Assembly (NCBI RefSeq): GCF_003019035.1
Contig: NZ_CP027447.1
From: Escherichia coli
Lineage (GTDB): Bacteria; Pseudomonadota; Gammaproteobacteria; Enterobacterales; Enterobacteriaceae
Direction: 5' to 3' (one strand)
Length of the DNA: 64,000 nt
Part shown: piece after piece, positions 34,587 to 46,771 of the stretch
Layout of the letters: each line of letters begins with the position of its first letter
Numbering within the stretch: the first letter of the stretch is position 1
The notes under the pieces: generated by a model
What the model was told of the DNA's origin: nothing
Seen by the model: only the letters and a program-made list of their open reading frames with translations
The model's database searches: none
Program-made: the position numbers and the translations under genes

Positions 34587-35639
34587 ATGAAAAAAATACC
34601 CTGCGTGATGATGCGAGGTGGAACCTCGAGGGGCGCGTTCCTGTTAGCGGAACATCTACCCGAAGATCAAACGCAGCGCGATAAAATATTGATGGCAATT
34701 ATGGGTTCCGGTAACGATCTGGAAATTGACGGTATTGGCGGCGGTAATCCGCTGACCAGTAAAGTCGCCATTATTAGCCGCTCCAGCGATCCGCATGCAG
34801 ATGTCGATTATCTGTTTGCTCAAGTTATCGTCCATGAGCAACGTGTCGATACCACGCCTAACTGCGGCAATATGCTGTCTGGCGTTGGGGCATTCGCCAT
34901 TGAAAATGGTTTGATTGCAGCGACTTCGCCAGTTACCCGCGTACGTATCCGCAACGTCAATACGGGTACGTTCATCGAAGCTGATGTGCAAACGCCAAAT
35001 GGTGTTGTCGAGTACGAGGGTAGCGCCAGAATTGACGGCGTACCGGGTACTGCCGCACCGGTTGCGCTCACTTTCCTGAATGCCGCCGGAACGAAAACCG
35101 GAAAAGTCTTCCCGACAGATAATCAGATTGATTATTTTGACGATGTCCCGGTGACCTGTATCGATATGGCGATGCCAATTGTCATTATTCCTGCTGAATA
35201 TCTGGGAAAAACAGGCTATGAATTACCGGCAGAGCTGGATGCCGACAAAGCATTATTAGCCCGCATTGAATCTATCCGTCTACAAGCGGGTAAAGCAATG
35301 GGCTTAGGCGATGTCAGTAATATGGTTATCCCTAAACCTGTACTTATTTCTCCAGCGCAGAAAGGCGGGGCAATTAATGTGCGTTATTTTATGCCGCATT
35401 CTTGCCATCGCGCTTTGGCGATAACCGGTGCTATTGCTATTTCCAGTAGTTGTGCATTGGAAGGCACCGTCACCCGACAAATCGTCCCTTCTGTAGGATA
35501 CGGCAATATCAATATTGAACACCCCAGTGGTGCGCTCGACGTTCATTTAAGTAATGAAGGTCAGGATGCCACGACGTTACGCGCATCTGTTATTCGGACG
35601 ACCAGAAAAATATTTTCCGGTGAAGTTTATCTTCCCTGA
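34587..35639 (+). CDS. ybhH: PrpF/AcnD-accessory-family isomerase YbhH
   Basis: 350 aa matching YbhH. Confidence 0.9.
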   Translation: MKKIPCVMMRGGTSRGAFLLAEHLPEDQTQRDKILMAIMGSGNDLEIDGIGGGNPLTSKVAIISRSSDPHADVDYLFAQVIVHEQRVDTTPNCGNMLSGVGAFAIENGLIAATSPVTRVRIRNVNTGTFIEADVQTPNGVVEYEGSARIDGVPGTAAPVALTFLNAAGTKTGKVFPTDNQIDYFDDVPVTCIDMAMPIVIIPAEYLGKTGYELPAELDADKALLARIESIRLQAGKAMGLGDVSNMVIPKPVLISPAQKGGAINVRYFMPHSCHRALAITGAIAISSSCALEGTVTRQIVPSVGYGNINIEHPSGALDVHLSNEGQDATTLRASVIRTTRKIFSGEVYLP

Positions 35640-35714
35640 AAAATTTTGTTGTCGTGATAATGACAATCAATAAAGGAATTCTGTATGAGTCATACAGAAA
35701 GAACAGGATATTAA

Positions 35715-37148
35715 ATGAATAAAAAATCGTTATGGAAGCTAATTCTGATATTAGCGATCCCATGTATTATTGGCTTTATGCCAGCTCCGGCAGGATTAAG
35801 CGAACTGGCGTGGGTGCTTTTTGGTATTTACCTGGCGGCCATTGTGGGACTGGTGATTAAGCCTTTCCCGGAACCTGTCGTACTGTTAATTGCCGTTGCT
35901 GCCTCCATGGTGGTGGTCGGTAACTTATCCGACGGTGCGTTTAAGACCACCGCCGTATTAAGCGGTTACTCTTCAGGTACCACCTGGCTGGTGTTCTCGG
36001 CGTTTACCTTAAGCGCCGCATTTGTGACCACCGGCTTAGGTAAACGTATTGCCTATTTGCTGATTGGTAAAATTGGTAGCACTACCCTGGGTCTGGGTTA
36101 CGTTACGGTATTCCTCGATCTGGTACTGGCTCCGGCAACACCGTCTAACACCGCGCGTGCGGGCGGCATTGTGTTACCGATCATCAACAGCGTGGCGGTG
36201 GCTTTGGGGTCAGAACCGGAAAAAAGTCCGCGTCGTGTCGGACATTACCTGATGATGTCCATTTACATGGTCACCAAAACCACCAGCTATATGTTCTTTA
36301 CCGCAATGGCGGGGAACATTCTGGCGCTGAAAATGATCAACGACATTCTGCACCTGCAAATTAGCTGGGGTGGATGGGCGCTGGCCGCCGGATTGCCGGG
36401 CATCATTATGCTGCTGGTCACCCCGCTGGTGATTTACACCATGTATCCACCAGAAATTAAGAAGGTGGATAACAAAACCATCGCTAAAGCGGGCCTTGCC
36501 GAACTGGGACCGATGAAAATCCGCGAAAAAATGCTGCTCGGTGTCTTTGTGCTGGCGCTGCTGGGCTGGATTTTCAGTAAGTCTCTGGGGGTTGATGAAT
36601 CCACCGTGGCAATCGTTGTTATGGCAACTATGCTGCTGCTGGGCATCGTTACCTGGGAAGACGTGGTTAAAAATAAAGGCGGCTGGAATACCTTAATCTG
36701 GTACGGCGGTATTATCGGCTTAAGCTCCTTATTATCGAAAGTTAAATTCTTCGAATGGTTAGCTGAAGTCTTTAAAAATAACCTGGCATTTGATGGTCAC
36801 GGGAACGTTGCTTTCTTCGTTATTATTTTCCTCAGCATCATCGTGCGTTATTTCTTCGCTTCTGGTAGTGCCTATATCGTTGCCATGTTACCGGTATTTG
36901 CCATGCTGGCGAATGTCTCCGGCGCACCGTTAATGTTAACCGCGCTGGCACTGTTGTTCTCTAACTCCTATGGCGGCATGGTTACTCACTATGGCGGCGC
37001 GGCAGGTCCGGTCATCTTTGGCGTGGGTTACAACGATATTAAATCCTGGTGGTTGGTCGGTGCGGTACTGACGATATTAACCTTCCTGGTGCATATCACC
37101 CTCGGCGTGTGGTGGTGGAATATGCTGATCGGCTGGAACATGCTGTAA
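35715..37148 (+). CDS. ybhI: DASS-family di/tricarboxylate transporter YbhI
   Basis: 477 aa polytopic membrane protein. Confidence 0.93.
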   Translation: MNKKSLWKLILILAIPCIIGFMPAPAGLSELAWVLFGIYLAAIVGLVIKPFPEPVVLLIAVAASMVVVGNLSDGAFKTTAVLSGYSSGTTWLVFSAFTLSAAFVTTGLGKRIAYLLIGKIGSTTLGLGYVTVFLDLVLAPATPSNTARAGGIVLPIINSVAVALGSEPEKSPRRVGHYLMMSIYMVTKTTSYMFFTAMAGNILALKMINDILHLQISWGGWALAAGLPGIIMLLVTPLVIYTMYPPEIKKVDNKTIAKAGLAELGPMKIREKMLLGVFVLALLGWIFSKSLGVDESTVAIVVMATMLLLGIVTWEDVVKNKGGWNTLIWYGGIIGLSSLLSKVKFFEWLAEVFKNNLAFDGHGNVAFFVIIFLSIIVRYFFASGSAYIVAMLPVFAMLANVSGAPLMLTALALLFSNSYGGMVTHYGGAAGPVIFGVGYNDIKSWWLVGAVLTILTFLVHITLGVWWWNMLIGWNML

Positions 37149-37156
37149 ATATACTC

Positions 37157-37270
37157 GTCATACTTCAAGTTGCATGTGCTGCGTCTGCGTTCGCTCACCC
37201 CAGTCACTTACTTATGTAAGCTCCTGGGGATTCACTCGCTTGTCGCCTTCCTGCAACTCGAATTATATAG
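37157..37270. repeat. ERIC/IRU enterobacterial repetitive intergenic consensus element
   Basis: Contains gtgaatccccaggagcttacataagtaagtgactggggtgagcg (reverse complement on the + strand), the ERIC core. Confidence 0.8.
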
Positions 37271-37330
37271 AGTATATCCATTTATTATCTTTCTGCGCAC
37301 TTTCCGGTGCGCAGATATCTGGAGCATTTG

Positions 37331-39592
37331 ATGATCAAGTTATCTGAAAAAGGCGTGTTTCTCGCCAGTAATAAGGAAATAATTGCCGAAGAACATTTCA
37401 TCGGTGAAATAAAAAAAGAAGAAGCAAAAAAAGGCACTATTGCCTGGTCTATTCTCTCTTCTCATAATACGTCTGGTAATATGGATAAACTTAAAATTAA
37501 GTTTGATTCATTAGCCTCTCACGATATTACCTTTGTTGGTATTGTACAGACCGCTAAAGCGTCCGGTATGGAACGTTTCCCGCTGCCGTATGTGCTGACC
37601 AACTGCCATAACTCACTCTGCGCCGTCGGCGGCACTATTAACGGTGATGATCATGTTTTTGGTTTATCGGCAGCCCAGCGTTATGGCGGTATTTTTGTGC
37701 CTCCGCACATTGCGGTCATCCATCAATATATGCGTGAGATGATGGCAGGCGGCGGCAAAATGATCCTCGGGTCAGACAGCCACACCCGTTACGGTGCATT
37801 AGGGACAATGGCAGTCGGTGAGGGCGGCGGTGAGTTGGTAAAACAGCTGCTTAATGACACCTGGGATATCGACTATCCGGGCGTGGTTGCGGTGCATCTG
37901 ACCGGAAAACCTGCGCCGTATGTGGGGCCGCAGGATGTGGCGCTGGCTATCATCGGTGCCGTGTTCAAAAACGGTTACGTCAAAAACAAAGTGATGGAGT
38001 TCGTAGGTCCCGGTGTTGCAGCGCTCTCTACCGATTTCCGCAACAGCGTTGACGTGATGACCACTGAAACGACCTGTTTAAGTTCTGTCTGGCAAACCGA
38101 TGAAGAAGTCCATAACTGGCTGGCGCTGCACGGTCGCGGCCAGGATTACTGCCAGCTTAACCCTCAACCGATGGCGTACTACGATGGCTGCATCAGCGTT
38201 GATTTAAGCGCCATCAAACCAATGATTGCGCTGCCGTTCCACCCGAGCAACGTCTATGAAATCGACACGCTGAACCAGAACCTGACCGACATTCTGCGTG
38301 AGATTGAAATTGAGTCCGAACGCGTGGCGCACGGTAAAGCCAAACTCTCGCTGCTGGATAAAGTCGAAAACGGTCGCCTGAAAGTGCAGCAGGGGATTAT
38401 CGCGGGCTGTTCTGGCGGTAACTATGAAAACGTCATCGCGGCGGCGAATGCGCTGCGCGGTCAATCCTGTGGCAATGACACCTTCTCGTTAGCGGTTTAC
38501 CCGTCATCACAGCCGGTGTTTATGGATCTCGCCAAAAAAGGTGTGGTAGCAGATTTGATTGGCGCAGGCGCAATCATCAGAACCGCGTTCTGCGGCCCAT
38601 GCTTTGGCGCGGGCGATACGCCAATCAACAACGGTTTGAGTATTCGCCACACCACGCGAAACTTCCCGAATCGCGAAGGCTCTAAGCCAGCCAATGGGCA
38701 GATGTCAGCGGTGGCGTTGATGGACGCTCGTTCTATCGCTGCGACTGCGGCAAACGGTGGCTATTTAACCTCTGCCAGCGCGCTGGATTGCTGGGACAAC
38801 GTGCCGGAGTACGCCTTCGATGTAACGCCGTATAAAAACCGTGTTTATCAGGGCTTTGTGAAAGGGGCGACCCAGCAACCGCTGATTTACGGACCGAACA
38901 TTAAAGACTGGCCGGAATTGGGTGCGCTGACTGACAATATCGTCCTCAAAGTGTGCTCAAAGATCCTCGACGAAGTGACCACCACCGACGAACTGATCCC
39001 TTCCGGTGAAACCTCTTCTTATCGTTCAAATCCGATTGGTCTGGCGGAGTTTACCCTGTCACGCCGCGATCCAGGTTATGTTGGCAGAAGTAAAGCGACT
39101 GCTGAGCTGGAAAATCAGCGTCTGGCGGGGAATGTCAGCGAGCTGACAGAGGTGTTTGCGCGCATTAAGCAGATTGCTGGTCAGGAACATGTTGATCCGC
39201 TGCAAACTGAAATTGGCAGCATGGTTTATGCGGTGAAACCAGGCGATGGTTCTGCGCGTGAACAGGCGGCGAGTTGTCAGCGTGTGATTGGCGGTCTGGC
39301 GAATATTGCCGAGGAGTACGCGACTAAACGCTATCGTTCTAACGTCATCAACTGGGGGATGTTACCGCTGCAGATGGCGGAAGCGCCAACCTTTGAAGTG
39401 GGGGATTACATTTACATCCCTGGCATTAAAGCGGCACTGGATAATCCGGGTACGACGTTTAAAGGTTATGTGATCCATGAAGATGCGCCGGTAACGGAAA
39501 TTACGCTTTACATGGAAAGCCTGACGGCTGAAGAGCGCGAGATTATCAAGGCGGGTAGTTTGATTAACTTCAATAAAAACCGTCAGATGTAA
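37331..39592 (+). CDS. ybhJ: Aconitase-family protein YbhJ
   Basis: Aconitase-like Fe-S hydratase domains; start placed at MIKLSEKG, which has a GGAG RBS 6 nt upstream (753 aa), rather than track start 37307. Confidence 0.9.
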   Translation: MIKLSEKGVFLASNKEIIAEEHFIGEIKKEEAKKGTIAWSILSSHNTSGNMDKLKIKFDSLASHDITFVGIVQTAKASGMERFPLPYVLTNCHNSLCAVGGTINGDDHVFGLSAAQRYGGIFVPPHIAVIHQYMREMMAGGGKMILGSDSHTRYGALGTMAVGEGGGELVKQLLNDTWDIDYPGVVAVHLTGKPAPYVGPQDVALAIIGAVFKNGYVKNKVMEFVGPGVAALSTDFRNSVDVMTTETTCLSSVWQTDEEVHNWLALHGRGQDYCQLNPQPMAYYDGCISVDLSAIKPMIALPFHPSNVYEIDTLNQNLTDILREIEIESERVAHGKAKLSLLDKVENGRLKVQQGIIAGCSGGNYENVIAAANALRGQSCGNDTFSLAVYPSSQPVFMDLAKKGVVADLIGAGAIIRTAFCGPCFGAGDTPINNGLSIRHTTRNFPNREGSKPANGQMSAVALMDARSIAATAANGGYLTSASALDCWDNVPEYAFDVTPYKNRVYQGFVKGATQQPLIYGPNIKDWPELGALTDNIVLKVCSKILDEVTTTDELIPSGETSSYRSNPIGLAEFTLSRRDPGYVGRSKATAELENQRLAGNVSELTEVFARIKQIAGQEHVDPLQTEIGSMVYAVKPGDGSAREQAASCQRVIGGLANIAEEYATKRYRSNVINWGMLPLQMAEAPTFEVGDYIYIPGIKAALDNPGTTFKGYVIHEDAPVTEITLYMESLTAEEREIIKAGSLINFNKNRQM

Positions 39593-39662
39593 AAAAAGGC
39601 GCTATGAAATATAGCGCCCAGTTTCATTAACCCGATGGTTCAGACTATCGGGTTTTCTTTTT
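39593..39662. terminator. Bidirectional terminator region between ybhJ and ybhC
   Basis: Two hairpins (ggcgctat...atagcgcc and cccgatggttcagactatcggg) flanked by A- and T-runs. Confidence 0.75.
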
Positions 39663-40946
39663 TTACTTCTTCGCCTCTGCAACCACTTTGCTACCCACGC
39701 CGCGGTTATTGTATTCCCACATGCGGTTGTAGTTAGTGTCATTCAGATTGCGCTGTACTTCGTCGTTATCATCAACGCTGCCGGTGTTACCTGCGAATGG
39801 ACGATTGGAAATCACCGCATCAGCCCACGGTTTAGCCGTGTTAAAACCTTCGTTGATGGCGCTATCACGGATCACTACCTGACCGTTGGTATTGGCATCA
39901 ACATCCAGCGAGCGGCCCAGTTGTGCCACGCCATCACCGGAAGCATTGAAACGGCTGTTTACGGCGAGGAAACCGTAGTAAATGTTGGACAGCGTAGCCG
40001 GTGCAAACACATACGCTTCTTGCTGGGTACGGGAGTTCACCACGCGGAATTCGGTGTTATCGAACACCACTGCGCCGCGACCAGAAACGATATCCACATC
40101 CCCTTCAATATAGCTGTTGGTCACCAGCGTACGCGGCTGACGGTTGGTTTCCAGACGGTTCTGCACACCGCTGTTGGTGACAAAGAAGGTGTTCTGACGA
40201 CCGAGAATGTTGACGTTATTGATCTGCACTTTGTCGCCATCAGTACGCAGTGCCACCGCCGGATGGTTACCCGCATCTACTCTATCGCCCAGCGTGTTTT
40301 CGATGGTCAGGTTTTGCAGTTGCAGGCCATTGTTTTGTGACCAGAAGACCGCAGAGCAGAGAACACCGATACTGTCGCTGCGTTTACTCTGGCAGCTGTC
40401 GTACATATACCACGCCGGTTTACCTGGCATATATTTGCCGCGCGGGTTGACGTCGTGACGCCAGTCGGCAGGGCTCATGCCACCATCAAGGGAAAGCCCA
40501 ATCTTCACATCAATCGGTTTTTCACCTGTACCGTACAGAGTAATTCCACCCGGAGCGGCAGGGACATACACCGTTCCCTGATACTCACCAGGCATCACGG
40601 CAATATACTGGCGCTTGTTGGTACGCTTGATAATTGCCGCATCTACCGCCGCCTGAATCGTGGTATGCGTTACACCTTGAGTACCCGCCGGGCCGACAAC
40701 AAAGTCAGGTTGTGCAGGCAGGGTAATCGGGGAAGGATTCCACGCTGCAGCACCTGGTGTCAGGGATGCAAAATAGTGTTGAGCATCGAAATTCTGCGCT
40801 TCTTTTGCCGACAGAATCGGGCGAGAAGAGGTACCAGGCGCGGTTTGATCAGAAGGACGTTGATCGGGCGGTGTTGAGCTACAGGCGGTCAGCGTCACGC
40901 CAAAAGCCAATGCCAGCGCCAGACGGGAAACTGAAAATGTGTTCAC
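39663..40946 (-). CDS. ybhC: Outer-membrane lipoprotein YbhC (pectinesterase-like)
   Basis: 427 aa with lipoprotein signal (LTAC) and pectin methylesterase-like domain. Confidence 0.93.
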   Translation of the reverse strand: MNTFSVSRLALALAFGVTLTACSSTPPDQRPSDQTAPGTSSRPILSAKEAQNFDAQHYFASLTPGAAAWNPSPITLPAQPDFVVGPAGTQGVTHTTIQAAVDAAIIKRTNKRQYIAVMPGEYQGTVYVPAAPGGITLYGTGEKPIDVKIGLSLDGGMSPADWRHDVNPRGKYMPGKPAWYMYDSCQSKRSDSIGVLCSAVFWSQNNGLQLQNLTIENTLGDRVDAGNHPAVALRTDGDKVQINNVNILGRQNTFFVTNSGVQNRLETNRQPRTLVTNSYIEGDVDIVSGRGAVVFDNTEFRVVNSRTQQEAYVFAPATLSNIYYGFLAVNSRFNASGDGVAQLGRSLDVDANTNGQVVIRDSAINEGFNTAKPWADAVISNRPFAGNTGSVDDNDEVQRNLNDTNYNRMWEYNNRGVGSKVVAEAKK

Positions 40947-41097
40947 AGGTTGCTCCGGGCTATGAAATAGAAAAATGAATCCGTTGAAGCCTGCTTTTTT
41001 ATACTAACTTTAGCGAAACGGGAAGGTAAAAAGACAAAAAGTTGTTTTTAATACCTTTAAGTGATACCAGATGGCATTGCGCCATCTGGCAGAGTGA

Positions 41098-41574
41098 TTA
41101 ACTAAACATCGCAGTAATCGAGGCGCTTGCCAGAGAGTGGAAATGAACGTTAAACCCGACCATCGCGCCGCTGGCACCTTCATCGACATCAATACGTTCT
41201 ACATCCAGCGCGTGAACGGTAAAAATGTAGCGATGGGTTTCGCCTTTCGGCGGCGCTGCACCATCGTACCCGGTTTTACCAAAGTCGGTACGCGTCTGCA
41301 AAACGCCGTCTGGCATTGCTACCAGACCAGAGCCAAACCCTTGCGGTAATACGCGGGTATCAGCGGGTAAATTAACAACTACCCAGTGCCACCAGCCGGA
41401 GCCAGTTGGCGCATCCGGGTCGTAGCAGGTGACAACAAAACTTTTCGTTCCCACAGGAACATCATCCCACGCCAGATGCGGTGAAATATTATCGCCATCG
41501 TAACCCATGCCGTTAAAGACATGACGATGCGGCAGCTTATCGCCATCGCGTAAATCATTACTGATGAGTTTCAT
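41098..41574 (-). CDS. ybhB: PEBP-family protein YbhB
   Basis: 158 aa matching YbhB. Confidence 0.93.
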   Translation of the reverse strand: MKLISNDLRDGDKLPHRHVFNGMGYDGDNISPHLAWDDVPVGTKSFVVTCYDPDAPTGSGWWHWVVVNLPADTRVLPQGFGSGLVAMPDGVLQTRTDFGKTGYDGAAPPKGETHRYIFTVHALDVERIDVDEGASGAMVGFNVHFHSLASASITAMFS

Positions 41575-41632
41575 GAGCCCTCCTTTCTTGTTTGCAGAAA
41601 GTGTAGCCAGAAACCCTCACGCTGACTTCCCG

Positions 41633-42922
41633 TTATTGGCAAAAAAATGTTTCATCCTGCACCGCACGATTAACCGCTGCGGTCAGACGCTGCAACTGTT
41701 GCGGGAGAATAATATAGGGCGGCATCAGGTAAATCAGTTTGCCAAAAGGCCGGATCCAGACACCCTGTTCGACAAAGAATTTTTGCAGCGCTGCCATATT
41801 CACCGGACGAGTGGTTTCGACCACGCCGATTGCCCCCAGTACGCGCACATCGGCAACCATTTCGGCGTCACCGGCGGGGGCAAGTTGCTCGCGTAGCTGT
41901 ACTTCAATAGCCGCCACCTGATGCTGCCAGTCGCCAGATTCGAGAATCGCCAGGCTGGCGTTTGCTGCTGCGCAGGCCAGCGGATTGCCCATAAAAGTTG
42001 GCCCATGCATAAAGCAGCCGGCTTCGCCGTTACTGATGGTTTCTGCAACCTCGCGCGTGGTGAGTGTGGCGGAAAGGGTCATTGTGCCGCCGGTTAAGGC
42101 TTTACCGAGACACAAAATATCCGGCGCGATTTCTGCATGTTCACAGGCAAACAGTTTGCCGGTACGACCAAATCCGGTGGCGATCTCGTCGGCAATCAGC
42201 AAGATACCTTCGCGATCGCACATTTTGCGGATTCGTTTTAACCATTCCGGATGGTAGATGCGCATCCCGCCTGCGCCCTGGACAATCGGTTCAATGATCA
42301 CTGCGGCGATTTCATGACGATGCGCCGCCATCAGGCGGGCAAAGCCCACCATATCGCGTTCATCCCATTCACCATCCAGGCGGCTTTGCGGGGCGGGAGC
42401 AAACAAGTTTTCTGGCAGATAGCCTTTCCACAGGCTGTGCATTGAGTTGTCCGGATCGCACACCGACATCGCGCCAAAGGTATCGCCATGATAACCATTG
42501 CGGAAGGTCAGAAAACGCTGGCGCGCTTCGCCTTTGGCCTGCCAGTACTGCAACGCCATTTTCATCGCCACTTCTACCGCTACGGAGCCGGAGTCCGCGA
42601 GAAAAACGCACTCCAGCGGTTGCGGCGTCATTGCCACCAATTTGCGGCACAGCTCAATGGCGGGCGCATGGGTGATACCGCCAAACATCACATGCGACAT
42701 AGCATCAATTTGCGATTTCATCGCCGCATTAAGCTGCGGGTGATTGTAACCGTGGATCGCCGCCCACCAGGACGACATACCGTCAACAAGGCGTCTGCCG
42801 TCAGACAAAATTAGCTCGCAACCTTCGGCGCTCGCCACCGGATAAACCGGTAGCGGGGAGGTCATGGATGTGTATGGGTGCCAGATATGGCGTTGGTCAA
42901 AGGCAAGATCGTCCGTTGTCAT
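41633..42922 (-). CDS. bioA: Adenosylmethionine-8-amino-7-oxononanoate aminotransferase
   Basis: [23 protein letters not shown]... 429 aa; start trimmed from track. Confidence 0.97.
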   Translation of the reverse strand: MTTDDLAFDQRHIWHPYTSMTSPLPVYPVASAEGCELILSDGRRLVDGMSSWWAAIHGYNHPQLNAAMKSQIDAMSHVMFGGITHAPAIELCRKLVAMTPQPLECVFLADSGSVAVEVAMKMALQYWQAKGEARQRFLTFRNGYHGDTFGAMSVCDPDNSMHSLWKGYLPENLFAPAPQSRLDGEWDERDMVGFARLMAAHRHEIAAVIIEPIVQGAGGMRIYHPEWLKRIRKMCDREGILLIADEIATGFGRTGKLFACEHAEIAPDILCLGKALTGGTMTLSATLTTREVAETISNGEAGCFMHGPTFMGNPLACAAANASLAILESGDWQHQVAAIEVQLREQLAPAGDAEMVADVRVLGAIGVVETTRPVNMAALQKFFVEQGVWIRPFGKLIYLMPPYIILPQQLQRLTAAVNRAVQDETFFCQ

Positions 42923-42928
42923 AATCGA

Positions 42929-42964
42929 CTTGTAAACCAAATTGAAAAGATTTAGGTTTACGAG
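42929..42964. promoter_or_regulatory. bio operator (BirA binding site) with divergent bioA/bioBFCD promoters
   Basis: Imperfect palindrome cttgtaaaccaaattgaaaagatttaggtttacgag between bioA and bioB. Confidence 0.85.
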
Positions 42965-43008
42965 TCTACACCGAATTAACAACAAAAAACACGTTTTGGA
43001 GAAGCCCC

Positions 43009-44049
43009 ATGGCTCACCGCCCACGCTGGACATTGTCGCAAGTCACAGAATTATTTGAAAAACCGTTGCTGGATCTGCTGTTTGAAGCGCAGCAGGTGCA
43101 TCGTCAGCATTTCGATCCTCGTCAGGTGCAGGTCAGCACTTTGCTGTCGATTAAGACCGGAGCTTGTCCGGAAGATTGCAAATATTGCCCGCAAAGCTCG
43201 CGCTACAAAACCGGGCTGGAAGCCGAGCGGTTGATGGAAGTTGAACAGGTGCTGGAGTCGGCGCGCAAAGCGAAAGCGGCAGGATCGACGCGCTTCTGCA
43301 TGGGCGCGGCGTGGAAGAATCCCCACGAACGCGATATGCCGTACCTGGAACAAATGGTGCAGGGGGTAAAAGCGATGGGGCTGGAGGCGTGTATGACGCT
43401 GGGCACGTTGAGTGAATCTCAAGCGCAGCGCCTGGCGAATGCCGGGCTGGATTACTACAACCACAACCTCGACACCTCGCCGGAGTTTTACGGCAATATC
43501 ATCACCACGCGTACCTATCAGGAACGCCTCGATACGCTGGAAAAAGTGCGCGACGCCGGGATCAAAGTCTGTTCAGGCGGCATTGTGGGCTTAGGCGAAA
43601 CAGTAAAAGATCGCGCCGGATTATTGCTGCAACTGGCAAACCTGCCAACACCGCCGGAAAGCGTACCAATCAACATGCTGGTGAAGGTGAAAGGCACGCC
43701 GCTGGCGGATAACGATGATGTCGATGCCTTTGATTTTATTCGCACCATTGCAGTTGCGCGGATCATGATGCCGACCTCTTACGTGCGCCTTTCTGCCGGA
43801 CGCGAGCAGATGAACGAACAGACTCAGGCAATGTGCTTTATGGCTGGCGCAAACTCGATTTTCTACGGTTGCAAACTGCTGACCACGCCGAATCCGGAAG
43901 AAGATAAAGACCTGCAACTGTTCCGCAAACTGGGGCTAAATCCGCAGCAAACTGCCGTGCTGGCGGGCGATAACGAACAACAGCAGCGTCTGGAGCAGGC
44001 ACTGATGACCCCGGACACTGACGAATATTACAACGCGGCAGCACTATGA
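43009..44049 (+). CDS. bioB: Biotin synthase
   Basis: 346 aa, radical-SAM CxxxCxxC (CPEDCKYC). Confidence 0.97.
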   Translation: MAHRPRWTLSQVTELFEKPLLDLLFEAQQVHRQHFDPRQVQVSTLLSIKTGACPEDCKYCPQSSRYKTGLEAERLMEVEQVLESARKAKAAGSTRFCMGAAWKNPHERDMPYLEQMVQGVKAMGLEACMTLGTLSESQAQRLANAGLDYYNHNLDTSPEFYGNIITTRTYQERLDTLEKVRDAGIKVCSGGIVGLGETVKDRAGLLLQLANLPTPPESVPINMLVKVKGTPLADNDDVDAFDFIRTIAVARIMMPTSYVRLSAGREQMNEQTQAMCFMAGANSIFYGCKLLTTPNPEEDKDLQLFRKLGLNPQQTAVLAGDNEQQQRLEQALMTPDTDEYYNAAAL

Positions 44050-45200
44050 GCTGGCAGGATAAAATCAACGCGGCGCTCGATGCGCGGCGTGCTGCCGATG
44101 CCCTGCGTCGCCGTTATCCGGTGGCGCAAGGGGCCGGACGCTGGCTGGTGGCGGACGATCGCCAGTATCTGAACTTTTCCAGTAACGATTATTTAGGTTT
44201 AAGCCATCATCCGCAAATTATCCGTGCCTGGAAGCAGAGTGCGGAGCAATTTGGCGTCGGTAGCGGCGGCTCCGGTCACGTCAGCGGTTATAGCGTGGCG
44301 CATCAGGCGCTGGAAGAAGAACTGGCCGAGTGGCTGGGCTATTCGCGGGCACTGCTGTTTATCTCTGGTTTTGCCGCTAATCAGGCCGTCATTGCCGCGA
44401 TGATGGCAAAAGAGGACCGCATTGTTGCTGACCGGCTTAGCCATGCCTCATTGCTGGAAGCTGCCAGTTTAAGCCCGTCGCAGCTTCGCCGTTTTGCTCA
44501 TAACGATGTCACTCATCTGGCGCGACTGCTTGCTTCCCCCTGTCCGGGGCAGCAACTGGTGGTGACAGAAGGCGTGTTCAGCATGGACGGCGATAGTGCG
44601 CCACTGGCGGAAATCCAGCAGGTAACGCAACAGCACGATGGCTGGTTGATGGTCGATGACGCCCACGGCACGGGCGTTATCGGGGAGCAGGGGCGTGGCA
44701 GCTGCTGGCTGCAAAAGGTAAAACCAGAATTGCTGGTGGTGACTTTTGGCAAAGGATTTGGCGTCAGCGGGGCAGCGGTGCTTTGCTCCAATACGGTGGC
44801 GGATTATCTGCTGCAATTCGCCCGCCATCTTATCTACAGCACCAGTATGCCGCCCGCTCAGGCGCAGGCATTACGTGCGTCGCTGGCGGTCATTCGCAGT
44901 GATGAGGGTGATGCACGGCGCGAAAAACTGGCGGCACTCATTACGCGTTTTCGTGCCGGAGTGCAGGATTTGCCGTTTACGCTTGCTGATTCATGGAGCG
45001 CCATCCAGCCATTGATCGTCGGTGATAACAGCCGTGCGTTACAACTGGCAGAAAAACTGCGCCAGCAAGGTTGCTGGGTCACGGCGATTCGCCCGCCAAC
45101 CGTACCCGCTGGTACTGCGCGACTGCGCTTAACGCTAACCGCAGCGCATGAAATGCAGGATATCGATAGTCTGCTGGAGGTGCTGCATGACAACGGTTAA
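44046..45200 (+). CDS. bioF: 8-amino-7-oxononanoate synthase
   Basis: 384 aa PLP enzyme matching BioF. Confidence 0.97.
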   Translation: MSWQDKINAALDARRAADALRRRYPVAQGAGRWLVADDRQYLNFSSNDYLGLSHHPQIIRAWKQSAEQFGVGSGGSGHVSGYSVAHQALEEELAEWLGYSRALLFISGFAANQAVIAAMMAKEDRIVADRLSHASLLEAASLSPSQLRRFAHNDVTHLARLLASPCPGQQLVVTEGVFSMDGDSAPLAEIQQVTQQHDGWLMVDDAHGTGVIGEQGRGSCWLQKVKPELLVVTFGKGFGVSGAAVLCSNTVADYLLQFARHLIYSTSMPPAQAQALRASLAVIRSDEGDARREKLAALITRFRAGVQDLPFTLADSWSAIQPLIVGDNSRALQLAEKLRQQGCWVTAIRPPTVPAGTARLRLTLTAAHEMQDIDSLLEVLHDNG

Positions 45201-45942
45201 TAAACAAGCCATTGCAGCGGCATTTGGTCGGGCAGCCGCGCACTATGAGCAACATGCGGATCTACAGCGCCAGAGTGCTGACGTCTTACTGGCAATGCTC
45301 CCACAGCGTAAATACACCCACGTACTGGATGCGGGTTGTGGACCTGGCTGGATGAGCCGTCATTGGCGGGAACGTCACGCGCAGGTGACGGCGTTAGATC
45401 TCTCGCCGCCAATGCTTATTCAGGCACGCCAGAAGGATGCAGCAGACCATTATCTGGCGGGAGATATCGAATCCCTGCCGTTAGCGACTGCGACGTTCGA
45501 TCTTGCATGGAGCAATCTCGCGGTGCAGTGGTGCGGTAATTTATCCACGGCACTTCGCGAGCTGTATCGCGTGGTGCGCCCCGGAGGCGTGGTCGCGTTT
45601 ACCACGCTGGTGCAGGGATCGCTCCCTGAATTACATCAGGCGTGGCAGGCGGTGGACGAGCGCCCGCATGCTAATCGCTTTTTACCGCCAGATGAAATCG
45701 AACAGTCGCTGAACGGCCTGCATTATCAACATCATATTCAGCCCATCACGCTGTGGTTTGATGATGCGCTCAGTGCCATGCGTTCGCTGAAAGGCATCGG
45801 TGCCACGCATCTTCATGAAGGGCGCGACCCGCGGATATTAACGCGTTCGCAGTTGCAGCGATTGCAACTGGCCTGGCCACAAAAACAGGGGCGATATCCT
45901 CTGACGTATCATCTTTTTTTGGGAGTGATTGCTCGTGAGTAA
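45187..45942 (+). CDS. bioC: Malonyl-ACP O-methyltransferase
   Basis: [27 protein letters not shown]...; start trimmed to 251 aa; overlaps bioF end. Confidence 0.95.
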   Translation: MTTVNKQAIAAAFGRAAAHYEQHADLQRQSADVLLAMLPQRKYTHVLDAGCGPGWMSRHWRERHAQVTALDLSPPMLIQARQKDAADHYLAGDIESLPLATATFDLAWSNLAVQWCGNLSTALRELYRVVRPGGVVAFTTLVQGSLPELHQAWQAVDERPHANRFLPPDEIEQSLNGLHYQHHIQPITLWFDDALSAMRSLKGIGATHLHEGRDPRILTRSQLQRLQLAWPQKQGRYPLTYHLFLGVIARE

Positions 45943-46612
45943 ACGTTATTTTGTCACCGGAACGGATACCGAAGTGGGGAAAACCGTCGCCAGTTGTGCA
46001 CTTTTACAAGCCGCAAAGGCAGCAGGCTACCGGACGGCAGGTTACAAACCGGTGGCCTCTGGCAGCGAAAAGACCCCGAAAGGCTTACGTAATAGTGACG
46101 CGCTGGCGTTACAGCGCAACAGTAGCCTGCAGCTGGATTACGCAACGGTAAATCCTTACACCTTCGCAGAACCCACCTCGCCGCACATCATCAGCGCACA
46201 AGAGGGCAGGCCGATAGAATCATTGGTAATGAGCGCCGGATTACGCGCGCTTGAACAACAGGCTGACTGGGTGTTAGTGGAAGGTGCTGGCGGCTGGTTT
46301 ACGCCGCTTTCTGACACTTTCACTTTTGCGGATTGGGTAACACAGGAACAACTGCCGGTGATACTGGTAGTTGGTGTGAAACTCGGCTGTATTAATCACG
46401 CGATGTTGACTGCACAGGCTGTGCAGCAAGCCGGACTCACTCTGGTGGGTTGGGTAGCGAACGATGTCACTCCACCGGGCAAGCGTCACGCTGAATATAT
46501 GACCACGCTCACCCGCATGATTCCCGCGCCGTTGCTGGGCGAAATTCCCTGGCTTGCAGAAAATCCAGAAAATGCGGCAACCGGAAAGTACATAAACCTT
46601 GCCTTGTTGTAG
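45935..46612 (+). CDS. bioD: Dethiobiotin synthetase
   Basis: [17 protein letters not shown]-loop; GTG start overlapping bioC stop; 225 aa. Confidence 0.95.
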   Translation: MSKRYFVTGTDTEVGKTVASCALLQAAKAAGYRTAGYKPVASGSEKTPKGLRNSDALALQRNSSLQLDYATVNPYTFAEPTSPHIISAQEGRPIESLVMSAGLRALEQQADWVLVEGAGGWFTPLSDTFTFADWVTQEQLPVILVVGVKLGCINHAMLTAQAVQQAGLTLVGWVANDVTPPGKRHAEYMTTLTRMIPAPLLGEIPWLAENPENAATGKYINLALL

Positions 46613-46771
46613 CCATCCTGTATTTGGTTAAATTGCGAGCGAGATCGCGTCTTCGGTTGACTGCAATTTAACCAATTAAATTCTAAAATAATCACGAAAA
46701 AAATTTTACTTCCGCATCATGCGGTGGATGTGGGAATTGCCCAGGCGGCGGGGGATAGGGGCTGCAGACAG

